This document shows, one piece after another, positions 11,975 to 23,000 of a stretch of 64,000 nt of DNA. The stretch spans positions 1,074,803-1,138,802 of the forward strand of contig NMRA01000020.1 in assembly GCA_002633005.1 (NCBI GenBank), in the 5' to 3' direction. The notes beneath the pieces are model-generated. The model did no database searches. It saw only the letters and a program-made list of their open reading frames with translations, and was not told where the DNA came from. A program made the position numbers and the translations under genes. This DNA comes from Phoronis australis (lineage: Eukaryota; Animalia; Phoronida). Within the stretch, counting starts at the first letter, position 1. Every line of letters starts with the position of its first letter.

Positions 11975-13261
11975 ACATGTAAGTGCGTAATGACTTGTCA
12001 ACGGCTCGAGCCATCACAGGGATACGTTTATACCTGGCTGGTAGACCTAGTTCAAGTCAACCAAAGTTAAAGTCTACATAGAAGAAACAAATCATCTTCT
12101 CCGATGCTACCAGTATTTCAGTTGGATTTTCTAATCTGCGGTCATTTGTACCCTCTCACAACACCTTTAAAGCCCACTGCTGAATGAGGGCGCTTTAGGC
12201 AATGCAAATTTACGAAAGCAACTCATCACTGTGGACGCAAATTCGGAAGAAATGATCGTTTCCGAAAGAACTCCCTGGGGGAAGTCCACTGTAAGTTTTT
12301 GGGGCTTGTCAACCTGGATTTCTCAACGTATACTAAACTTGCTATCGCTGATCACCCGTTATTAAGTTTCCATCATGGAGACAAAATGTCACGTGACGGC
12401 AAGACAGAGTGACCATTGGCAACTTAACAACAGAGAAAAACAAATCTGAATTCTCAAATGTGAAGTATATTGGTCAAGGAACCCCTGAAGCTACACAGCA
12501 AAGTCATAAGTCAACCTGGCATTACGTCAGGCTACTGCTACTCCTTAGGCAATAAGAGAAACATAAATATAACAAATTTCCCTCGAAGTGAGGTGCCGAA
12601 CTCACTACTGAAAGCCTACAGTATGTTGTGAAGCCCGCCGTATTCCAGAAAAACCGTAATACTCAAACGTGAAACTTACGTTCAACCGGCGAAGCCACAC
12701 GACAAAGTATTTTAATACTTAAAATCAATCTGAAAAACACTGAGCTCGGGCACACCTGGCGACTCCTCCTTAGGCACTAAGGAAGATACTGAGAGTAGAG
12801 CAAATTTCACTCAAAGTCAGTGCGTTGGATTTATAACTGAAAAGTTCATGGTTTGAAGTCCGTCGTCTACCAGAAAAAAATGCGAATAGTACAACTAGAG
12901 CATACGGCCCGAAAAGCTCAGGTATTTCCGTTGGCTCAAATTTTCCCTAGGAGGTGAACGTTACTGTATCTGTGTGTGTGTGTGCGCATATTTTGGTATC
13001 ATGGAAAGTGAATTTCAATTTTGATGATAACAGGCTGACTGAGGTTCGCACACCCGCAGGTAGCGGGGAAATTAAGTCTCCGAAAACACATGATGTGTTC
13101 CGGGTGTACTTGGAGGTGAATATTTGTATGCACGAATCAGTGCGGTCAACTATTCACTTGTTTGAAAGTCACATGACTTAACGTATGATAGTTTATGCAC
13201 ATGCACCACCTTGAAGAAATTTGAGTCTATGAAAATACCTAAGCTGTTCCGAATGACATAG

Positions 13262-13389
13262 CAATGGCGGATTAGAGGGGGCCAAGGGGGCCATTGCCAA
13301 CTAAAATTCTCCCAGATTCCATTTGGCAGTTCGGGGGTGGGCTAATAATCTGCCCTGCTCCCCAAATCAAAATCCTGGATCTGCCCCTG
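13262..13389. mobile_element. MITE family B (CAGGGGCGGATC-type TIR)
   Basis: caatggcggatt ... ggatctgcccctg with exact 5-bp TSD CATAG (13257-13261 / 13390-13394). A further TIR pair gggccctcgattt / aaattgagggcc follows immediately (13394-13589). Confidence 0.75.
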
Positions 13390-14277
13390 CATAGGGCCCT
13401 CGATTTGTGTGGGTGCCCAACCAACTAGGCCACAGGCCACAACTTTTTTGGCAGAGGACAATGGGAAGCAAAATTCATAGCGATTGTGGGTAGCTCGAGA
13501 ACTGTGGTGCCCCAGAGGAGGCTCGAAAATTGTGGTGTCCTGGGGCGTGAATACTGCGTCAACTAGCGGAGGGATAAAAATTGAGGGCCGGGTAACTCAA
13601 CTTAGAAGTGCCCTGCCGTTTTCCAGTAGCCTAAGGGCGTGGGAAATCTTAATCAAGATGCCTGTCTTCATTAATTTGATTGTTGTCACGACGTGAGGTT
13701 CACAGCATTGAGAATAAACAAACTGCGATGCTTTCCGGACATTATCGGTTGTTCTTGTGTTTCGCTAGTAAAACGGCTCTGCCTTCCGCCAATACCTAAA
13801 GGAAAAATTACTGGCTTTGGTTGAGTGATGGAGAAACGGTGCAGTCTGTCTGTGACTGTCCAGCTGCATGTTGCATGGACATGAACAGGATTAGAGTTTG
13901 TGCTTTTAGACGAGTGGCAACAGTTGCCGATTTCTAAAACTCACTTTATGCCGGTACCTGGGCATACACAAGTAATGTTTGAATAGTTCTGTGACATAAT
14001 TTTTTTTTTTGGTTTTCCGGAACATTTCTTGCACCGTGTTCTGCTTATCTTACTGTACCTACCTCTAAACATACATGTATACATGTATTACACCTTTGTC
14101 AGTTGTGCACTCAAAAGATTTCCAGCAAATTACATGTAGCCATATTTCATTTCACTTTTACAGCATTTTAAGAAAATTTTACTCCAATTTAGAAATTGTT
14201 ATCACCATGGCTAACCACTTACGCTAACCATAACATCATTCTATACTCAGCTATTAGTGAAATTCGGTAGTGGAGCA

Positions 14278-14527
14278 CATGTGCGCACTCAGGTGGGCTC
14301 GAACGAGCACCCTCATTTAGCGAAGTGGGCAAAAAGGTCCGCCTCACAGAAACAAAAACTACGAAAAAAGTAGAAAACGAGTCGAAAGTCCACTAAAAAG
14401 GCAGGAACTATCAAAATTCGGCGAATACACAATTCATAGCTATGAACGTACCCCGTGAATCTTAATAGTAAATAGTCCACATTCTAAAAATTCGAGTCCC
14501 CCCGTTTTTAGGCTGGGTTCGCGCAAG
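14278..14527 (-). mobile_element. MITE family A, copy 3
   Basis: Full-length similarity to 4978-5221; degenerate TIRs; flanks gagca/gaata. Confidence 0.85.
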
Positions 14528-15547
14528 GAATACCAATATTAACAGAGATATCTTACACTTCGGAAACATCCGAAACACTTAATTTGGCGAGATTTGGTCC
14601 TGCATTCTGACTCTGTTTACATACTTAGGCCGACGTAGCTACCCTAATTGTGACACCCAAGTTCTTAAAAATAATTCCAGTCGTGTCTTTCAGTACATAA
14701 TTGTGGTGGAGTTTTAGAAGCCCGATTAAAGACAGGGGTTGTTCCCACGTATGCTTTCATGTCAGAATGCTCGTAGCTTTTAACGGTTAGATGTGTGTAA
14801 AACTAACATACTGAAGAGCAATTTTTCGCTGTTAATTTAGCAGTGTATGCTAATATAGTACAATATCCGCTTTCGTAAATAAGGCGGAGATAACATAAAT
14901 TACGAGACCTGCCTGCACTACTATAAAGGACGAAATTCCTGACGCATAACTGTTTTCTATCAAATATTCCACTCTTTTATTCATACCAGTTTTTGGTGTA
15001 ACTGAAATTTTAAGTACTAACGTCAACGCTTTTCAGGTTCGTATGAGACTCATGCAAGATTGATAGTAAGGTTTTGTTAACGCACTTCTAGTAGAGTTAT
15101 CTGTTATGTAACCGTAGTTTCTTTGACAATGTATTTTGATAAAAAAAAAAACTGAGACAATGTCATTCAAATACACGAAACAGTCCAACCAATACTAGTG
15201 GAACTTTTCAGTATGTACTTTACTACTGAAAAAACCGTGTCAGATTAACAGTTATTCTATCAGTCATAAAAAGGAATTTCTTGAAACTTGCAAAGCAAAA
15301 TGCTGACTTGAATTTTTCTGGCTACGTGTATTAATGGCAATGAATCTGAATTTCAAGAATACATTAGGTGTACTTAGTCCCTAATTTTAACCTTAAATCC
15401 AAGCATTCGTTTCATCCTCATTTAGTGACAATGAACATGCTTGCTGTATGTTTATCTAGTAGAGTGTAAATCGGGAGCATTTCACGATTTAGAACAATGG
15501 AACACGATGTTGATTGTTTTTATTTGCATTTTCAGTTTTGCAACTCA

Positions 15548-16738
15548 ATGGAAAAGATATACGACCACGACAACACAACTTTTCAAGAAAGTTTTGCTGA
15601 GAAGACAACGGTTTACGACAACTTTAGAAAATATAGCACATTTAAGACTGCCTATTCTATGCACAGTGTTATAAACCTTGTTATCCCTCCATTGGGAGTT
15701 TTGGGAAATATACTCTGTCTGCCAGTCCTACTTCAAAGAATAATGCGTAGGAACTCATGCTGTATTTACATGATTGCCATAGCATCTGCTGACGTCATCT
15801 TTCTGGTGAGTCGTCTACTAAGTTTCTTGTCTGTCCAGCACGTTCGCTCTCTTGCTACTGCTTGGGGATGTAAACTTGTAACCTACATGATTTCGTCATC
15901 TAGTCAAGCTTCTTCGCTTCTTTTGGTTATCATGACCTTTGATCGACTTATAGCCATCAGGTGGCCTCTGAAAGCAGCTCACTTGTGCACTCCAAAACGG
16001 GCCATGATATCGATATCCGGGTTGCTGGTAACTCTAATGTCCTTCAACATTTTCCACTTCTGGCTTTACTCGGCAGAAAATGTTGGTGGAAAGCTACAGT
16101 GCATGGAGCAGCGTGAAAGCCTGCCAGACACTGTCACAGCAAGTTTGATTTGGATTGATTCGTGTTTAAACGTGTTTATTCCCAGCATTTGTCTACCAAT
16201 ACAAAATACCTTAATCATTAGAGCGTTTTGTTCCGCCAACAGAAGCTTAAAAGGACTGACGCGTGTATCATCTCACTCGACTGCAACTTCGAGGCAACTA
16301 ACTGCGATGCTTCTAGGGGTAACGACACTGTTCATTGCCACTATGGTACCAAATGGTACATGGATTTTATTGAAAACGTCTGATGAATTCGAGCATAAAC
16401 TCGAGGGCTCAAACAACAACTACGCTTCCGGTCTGTTAATAAAGCAGGTGATGGAGTTATTTAGAGTCTTAAACCATAGTCTGAACTTCGTCTTGTATTG
16501 TGTGACTGGTCAAAGATTCCGGGTTTGTTTTCTTAAACTGTACTGTCGATGCTTTCAACGAGTGGTGACAAAAAGAACTAAGGTGTCCCATCACGTTGGT
16601 GAAAGACGCAAAAGTTGCACGTTAACATCGCTGTCGGAGAGTTCGGGTCACGCGAATGGGTCGGAAGCTTCGGTTCTCTCTCTTTCGCTGATCAGAATAC
16701 CACAGAGCGATATCACCAGCAGTAGCGCGGTAGTGTGA
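15548..16738 (+). CDS. Rhodopsin-like (class A) GPCR, FMRFamide/TRH-receptor-like orphan; single coding exon
   Basis: Seven hydrophobic segments; GN in TM1, IAIASAD in TM2, MTFDRLIAIRWPL (DRY variant), ECL2 Cys, NHSLNFVLY in TM7, N-terminal NTT sequon. The ORF track starts at 15497, but a strong acceptor (tttgcattttcag, 15535) precedes ATG 15548, so that start is preferred (396 aa). Confidence 0.92.
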   Translation: MEKIYDHDNTTFQESFAEKTTVYDNFRKYSTFKTAYSMHSVINLVIPPLGVLGNILCLPVLLQRIMRRNSCCIYMIAIASADVIFLVSRLLSFLSVQHVRSLATAWGCKLVTYMISSSSQASSLLLVIMTFDRLIAIRWPLKAAHLCTPKRAMISISGLLVTLMSFNIFHFWLYSAENVGGKLQCMEQRESLPDTVTASLIWIDSCLNVFIPSICLPIQNTLIIRAFCSANRSLKGLTRVSSHSTATSRQLTAMLLGVTTLFIATMVPNGTWILLKTSDEFEHKLEGSNNNYASGLLIKQVMELFRVLNHSLNFVLYCVTGQRFRVCFLKLYCRCFQRVVTKRTKVSHHVGERRKSCTLTSLSESSGHANGSEASVLSLSLIRIPQSDITSSSAVV

Positions 16739-16900
16739 TACGACAGCCTCCAAGGACTGTACAATATACACTCTTGGCACAGTCAAAGGATAAGTGAACA
16801 TTCTCGTTGGTTAAAAGAACGAAGAAACCCTCGAAAGGCATTAGTTAAAACACTAAAACGATTCATGAGACTTTCTCTGGCTTATTACCATACCGTTTGT

Positions 16901-18376
16901 TTAATGTGAAAGGTAACCTTTTTAATGTCATTTTTAGTAAAAATATGGTTCGTTGAATATCCAAGACATATTTTTTCAGTTAATAGTATTTAATAATTTT
17001 ATCAATAAAGTCGTGCCTTACTTCGGAAGTGACGTTTAGGGAGTTAAGAATTTCCCGCCATTTAGTTTTCATATAGTCTGACTGAATGAGCTGTCGAGCC
17101 AGCCATTGTTTTACCTAGGTTCTGTAAAGTTCGGTCGTCGTTTGGGTAAGTTTGTTTACGAGTCCAGTCAACATACCGTAGGCTTGCTGCGTACCGGGGT
17201 GTACTCATTATCGTCTCACGCGCACTTTGCCGGGGTATGCCATTACACCGCTTTCCGAAAGATGACACGCTCCGCCGTATCTGGATCGGTTGTGTGAACA
17301 AAGCAGGGTTACCGTCTACGCAACGCTACATGTACATGTACAAAGCACTGGAGAATTACCGACGGTGTGGTAACGCTTGAAAAAGGGTGCCATATTGTCG
17401 CTATTAATTTCCGCGGGGCCACCGTTGCCACCCCCGAGAAGAATTTGAATCGAATAGCCTCGCGAGCAAGATGGCCTCTTCAGTGACTGTAGGCCTTTCA
17501 TCTACTATCGCCCGTGCCTCCAAACGTACCCGCAGAGCGTGCAATTCCCGGGAACTAGGAGTGATTCGCCCTGCGCTGGTGTTGTCTCCATCCCAGAACT
17601 TGTAAGCAGCTTGGTCAGGCCATCGGGAAAACAGTTCGTCGTCAAGTTTTCAGGCCGGTGAACCAATCTTTGATAAGGTTATGGCGGACCTGAATAAAGT
17701 ATCGAAGCTATTTAGAAGGTGCCAGGTGTGTGGCGAGGGAGCCACGCGGCGGGATGTAAGCGGTTTGGGTACTGGGGTCACCATCCAGTGGGAACAGCAT
17801 AGGCATTCCATTGAGGTAGGCATAAACAGTGCACACCGTGCATTTGCACCAAGACGCTGTCGCCCCAGTCTCTACCTCATCCCTCTCAACAGCTGTCTGT
17901 GCGCGTATTATGCCTCACTATACATACAATGTATATCCACACTGACTGTTCGCAAAAATATCCTACTCACAACTGGTATGAACAATGTCTCCGTTACTAA
18001 CGTCACTGTATCTGTGATATGGTTCGCCGACTCCAGCCATTTTCATGCTACTACAAACTGAAAGATTCCTAAATCCATCGTAATTGAGTTCTCTAACAAT
18101 CTAGCTTGTCGTAGAATACTCGTCGATGAGAAGTGGTGACGACAATTTTAGGAAACCAGCACAAAAACAACAGTAGAAAAAATCTTCACAGTAAACTCGA
18201 ACGCACTAGACACGAAATGGCGGGAAATTCTTGACCCCCTAAAGTTACTTCAGGAGTAGTGCACGACTAATTAATAAAATAACGGAGAGCCGTAATTAAC
18301 TGAAACATGTGTCTGGGATAGTCAACGAAACGCAGTTTTACTGAAAATGACATAAAAATGTTGCTCTCCCCTTTAA
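16901..18376 (+). mobile_element. Non-autonomous Kolobok-like DNA transposon with THAP pseudogene
   Basis: TTAA at both ends; ~160-bp imperfect TIRs (16905-17065 vs 18215-18372); disrupted THAP domain CCVPGC...LHRFPKDDTLRRIWIGCVNK at 17173-17310; transposase fragment LFRRCQVCGE...GTGVTIQWE at 17681-17795. Confidence 0.8.
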
Positions 18377-18944
18377 ATCAAACGTATAACATAGAACATG
18401 ACTTCTCATTCACGGCAATGAACAATTCGGGGGTTTTCATATCAGACACTGCTGTGTTTTTTCAAATGTATTAAAGACTGGTTGTCTGCTCGTAAACATC
18501 CGGGGACACCCCTGGAAACTTCGAGATGTAGGCTGCATTCCGTAGACGCAAGAATTCATCGAGTAAAGCTATAGTGTGAACATCTGTTATGTAGCATTAA
18601 AATATACTGATACATGTAGTGTGTGCAAACAAGACACATTTTTACGATTGTTACGTGGAAAATAACATAAGTGCTTTCCATGGGGGCCCTCAGTAAGGAC
18701 ATACAAAGACAGTAAGACACACAAACTTACAAAAATGAAAGACAAGACTTAAATGATCACTGATGATTTAATTTTGAACCTCTGTTGAATAGTTGACAAC
18801 TTTCCAGAATGAAAATACGGGACAACTTCATTGAAAAGCAGGACATCTGGATAAAAAGAGGGATATTTGGTCAATGCCAAATGGCCGTAACTCCCAAAAG
18901 AGTTCATTAGTTTTTTGTTTTTTAGTAGAATGGGAAATAGTGGG

Positions 18945-19085
18945 CATGGGCGGTGCAGCACTGAAAAAGTGGGGGGCTAAATCCCCTGTGATGCACCGCC
19001 CATAGACCATGGGTGGTGCAGCCCTGAAAAAAGTGACGGAGCTATAGCCCCATCCCCCTCAGCCCCCTATTTTGCGCCGCCCATG
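18945..19085. mobile_element. MITE family C (TIR CATGGGCGGTGCA), tandem dimer
   Basis: catgggcggtgca ... tgcgccgcccatg, with an internal second TIR pair at ~18992-19021; 5-bp flanks gtggg/gcggg. Confidence 0.75.
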
Positions 19086-19312
19086 GCGGGTGCCGTAAAA
19101 AATCTATGAAACGTTCCGTTTTGTCGTTTTAGACAAACGGGAAATAGGGCAATTTCGGGTGTACAAAATCACAATACTGCATGGTAATATGTCAATTTCC
19201 CCGTGTGTCAACAAGTTGAACATTTTGATAAGTGTGGCCGGATTGCGAGAAAAAAATTATAAAGTGTGACAGTCCGCGAACAAATAGCAACTACAATATA
19301 CGGTAACAAAAT

Positions 19313-19474
19313 GAAATTTTCATTTTTTAATTTTATTTCACCGACAAAAGGTAAATACTACAGCTAACCACTGTTGATTTATTATAACAAAAAGAAATTT
19401 TCATTTTTTAATTTTATTTCACCGACAAAAGGTAAATACTACAGCTAACCACTGTTGATTTATTATAACAAAAA
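19313..19474. repeat. Perfect 81-bp tandem duplication
   Basis: 19313-19393 is identical to 19394-19474. Confidence 0.92.
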
Positions 19475-19570
19475 GACTTGATGTATGCGTTCGTGTGAAA
19501 CACATGAACACAAAGTATAAAAAAATTAATAGAAACCCATGGAAATTGATGCGTATGCAAAGAGCAGTAT

Positions 19571-20040
19571 CATCATCAATGCCCGTCACCCCTACTAGGA
19601 TATAGGCCACGAATCAGAGATTTCCATTCTGCTCTGTCTTGGGCGATTCCTTCTAGCTGTCTCCATGAATATCCTAACCTCTCCATGTCATCGGTGATGC
19701 ATCTTCTCCAGGTCATTCGTGGTCTGCCTCTATTTCGTTTACCCTGCGGGTTCCACTTTAATGCGTGTCTCGAAGGGCTACTTGTTGGTATTCTCAGTGT
19801 AAGTCCAATTAAGTGTCATTTCCTTCTGCCGATCTCCTCTTCCACTGGTGTTTGTCCTGTTCTTTCCCACAATTTTTCATTTCTTATCCTTTCTGGCCAC
19901 TGTATCCTCAAAATTTTTCTCAGGCATGAATTGACCAAAGTTTGCAATCTCTTGAAGTTTGTTTTTGTGTTTGTCCAGGTCTCTGATCCATATAACAGTA
20001 CTGATTTCAGTAGGGCTACTGTTATATAGATCAGAGACCT
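19571..20040 (-). mobile_element. 5'-truncated RTE-clade LINE
   Basis: Minus-strand translation KSVLLYGSETW...CLRKILRIQWPERIRNEKLW...ALKWNPQGKRNRGRPRMTWRR...AQDRAEW (RTE C-terminus, one internal stop); (TGA)n tail; 14-bp TSD gcaaagagcagtat / gcaaagagtagtat (19557-19570 / 20041-20054). Confidence 0.9.
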
Positions 20041-23000
20041 GCAAAGAGTAGTATGCGTGCATGTAAAGTCGTGTCATTGTATGCAACAACCAATGGCACT
20101 GCACATGTTTGTGTACATGTACATTAGGAATTGAGGACATAGGCCAGTTTGCCAGATTTAGGAGCATACTTTTGCAAAACGATAGAGTTATAGAAACTAA
20201 TATGTTAACATCAAATATTTCAATGAAAAAGAAGAATGTACGACATCAAAAACACCCTGTACTGGTTGGTACGACACGCACGTATACATCGGTTAGTCGC
20301 GTGTGCCTGTAAACACTACTGCTTGGGCGGCCTAAGCCGGGGGTCCAAGTATACATTGATTTTGCACAGACCCGATTTCCCGAAAGGTGATTGGAATACT
20401 TCAGGTTATACCACGGAATAATAATTACATCAATATGCAGACGCTTTTTTAAAAAATAAAACGCATGTGAGGGGTGCCGAGGTGTCTCAAGGAAAATTAC
20501 TTCAGTGATACGCTACTTTTCTTTAACTACATGTATCTAGTATCACTTGTCCTAGTACCTAATTCATCTTAGCGTGGTGAACTCAGTGGTAATTTGTGCA
20601 GTTTGTAACGACATGGTCTCATAGTTCAAACACTTGTGTCATAGACTTTGTTGTAAAACAACTTGCCGCGGAACTAGAGTTTTAAAAATGTTTGCGTTAT
20701 TAATTTTTACCAATATTAATTTTTACATCAATCAATGTACCCCATTTATCCAACCTTGATGTGCGGAGTCGCAGATTTTTTTGCTGTCAGTAACAAGCAC
20801 ACTTCCATCTGATTGGCCATCCAGAACGAGGACAACAAAAATGTTCACACAGAAACAACACATTGAGGTTTTGATTTATTTCAAAATATATTTATTTTAA
20901 AATATCACCATCACGCAGTAAAATTACACCGTGACAGTAAAAGGGAAATGTCTAGCTGGTACAAAGTTACCGTACCGTACTGATGCATGCACTCCACTTC
21001 AGTAAAATTCAGGTTTCAACCAACTTTAATTTAATCCCTCAATCACTTGGATCCGACGTTTACTGGCACACACTTATGTTACTAGTACATTTATATTGAC
21101 AACGCTCCGCCACAAAACACAATGGCCATAAACTCTATCTGCCCTGTCCTACATACCCGGATGTTAATACACTGTAAGCATCAGAAGACCATAAACAGGA
21201 CAGAATGCAGAAATGATGGTGTTTCTCAAGTAAGACATTTGCAGATTTTAATAGTGTGCCGAGCTACATAACGTTTTGTCTTGAAATCTGCAGAAACAAC
21301 CCATCTACCGTCCCAATACAACATTGTGAGGTGTAGCTCTCTTGGGTTATACCTTCCTTTGATCCTTCCCTATTCTTAATAACCTGGCTATATTAATAAA
21401 TCTTCGAATTGGTGTCCACTCTGTAAAAATGTACAAGTATTAAACTTGTAGTCACTTTCTGTGTTTCTTCGTTGCTAGAAAACAACAGGTAACTTGGTCA
21501 CTAAAACCTTAAAGACATATTGGACTTAGAAGGAAAGTCAAGTAACAGTAAAAGACCATGAAACATCGACTTAAGTGGGTGTTCTAGGGACCAAATAAAG
21601 TTGAACAATATTGTTTCTGTGATCGGATTCTCAACCAAAAATCACTTTGTTTCAATTTCAATTTTTAAACCTCGAAAGACCAAAAATTGTATCATTGATT
21701 CTGGGTCTAATCTTTATGCTGGAAATCGAACTTATACCTTCGATGTTTTCTGCTATAACTAAATATATAATTCTGTGCATGCTCAAGTATGCACTTATTT
21801 TCTTGGATGATTTTCTTGAATCCTAGTTTGCACATGATGATCCTACCATTAAAACTATGAGCTTTTACTTGAAACCCGGTGTACCAATATTGGTTCCTAG
21901 ATACTACACAGTACACACGCATCTTGCCTAGCATGGTTCATCAGCAAGACGGCGGACCACTCCGCTCAACGAAAACCACGTGACTTCAACTCTAGTTATA
22001 TTTATCTCATTGGGCCAGACTATTCCCGGCATCTAGCCACGGCCAGAGGTCGCTACGTGAAAAGCATGACCAGTGCAACTGGCGGGTTCATAAGTTGACC
22101 GCATAGATATCGCTGGTTTTCTTGAACTGTATCTCAAGAGTCTCGCTGGATGATTTCATTATGAACAGAAATAACGAAATGAAAACGAAGCAATGAAATT
22201 AAGCTTGATAACTAGAACACTCGATCAAAACTTAGTTGAACGCGGGACAACCAGAAATTCATAGTGCAAACTCTCGCGGACAGCCAAACGAGTCCCGTGA
22301 TATCTAGGGGTAGCAAGCTCTAACACTAAGGCCAGGGATCTTATCTTTGTACTCGCACTCAAACTCAAAATTAGTTTTGATATCTTCCATGCTACTTTTG
22401 TGCGAACTCAGATAAGTGCATGTTATTCTGTGCTCGAGTACATTTGATTAATAGTTTATACAAATGAGTTCTTGTCCAAGATTCGAGCTAAAAATCCAGT
22501 AAAAGCTCTATATTTAGAGTAAAAATGCGAAATTTCGAGTTTATATGCGAACATTTACCCTCAATGATGGGGTCATTAAGTACAAAGTATCATAAAGATA
22601 AGCCTATGTAAATGTAAGTATAATTTATGTTAATTAAATAACAATAATAGACACTCACCTCGCACAAGTGTAGAATAGAAATTAGCAAGAATAATTTCGA
22701 GTTCAATCTCGAATTACAAAACTTGTCTTTGTATAAGCATTCATTTCAATGAAGTCTATAACTAAAATTACAGTGTATAGTGGAGAGAACAGCCCAGAAC
22801 AGGGGATTAGGTTTCCCATGTAGAAGTTGCCTTGCCGTCCCAATTGATGCTCAGTGTTATTTACCAGTATATATTCGGAAATTGTATTTAGTTGTAAATT
22901 TACACGAATTAGATTTCCGGAACTACCCCAATCCAGTGAATTTTCAATCGACAAGAGACGTATTCCCTAGCTTCGTTATACTCCAGTACAGCGCCAAGCC

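Noticed and set aside
19685-20029. 114-aa plus-strand ORF
   Set aside because: Antisense shadow of the RTE LINE fragment.
20572-20640. tRNA or tRNA-derived SINE head (A/B-box-like)
   Set aside because: Boxes are degenerate and no cloverleaf can be built; at most an old SINE remnant.
21347-22706. Amidated neuropeptide precursor from a signal-like exon plus the 21420 exon
   Set aside because: The phase-0 join terminates after SGHQFEDLLI; the ...LLRIGK segment is in another frame and there is no ATG.
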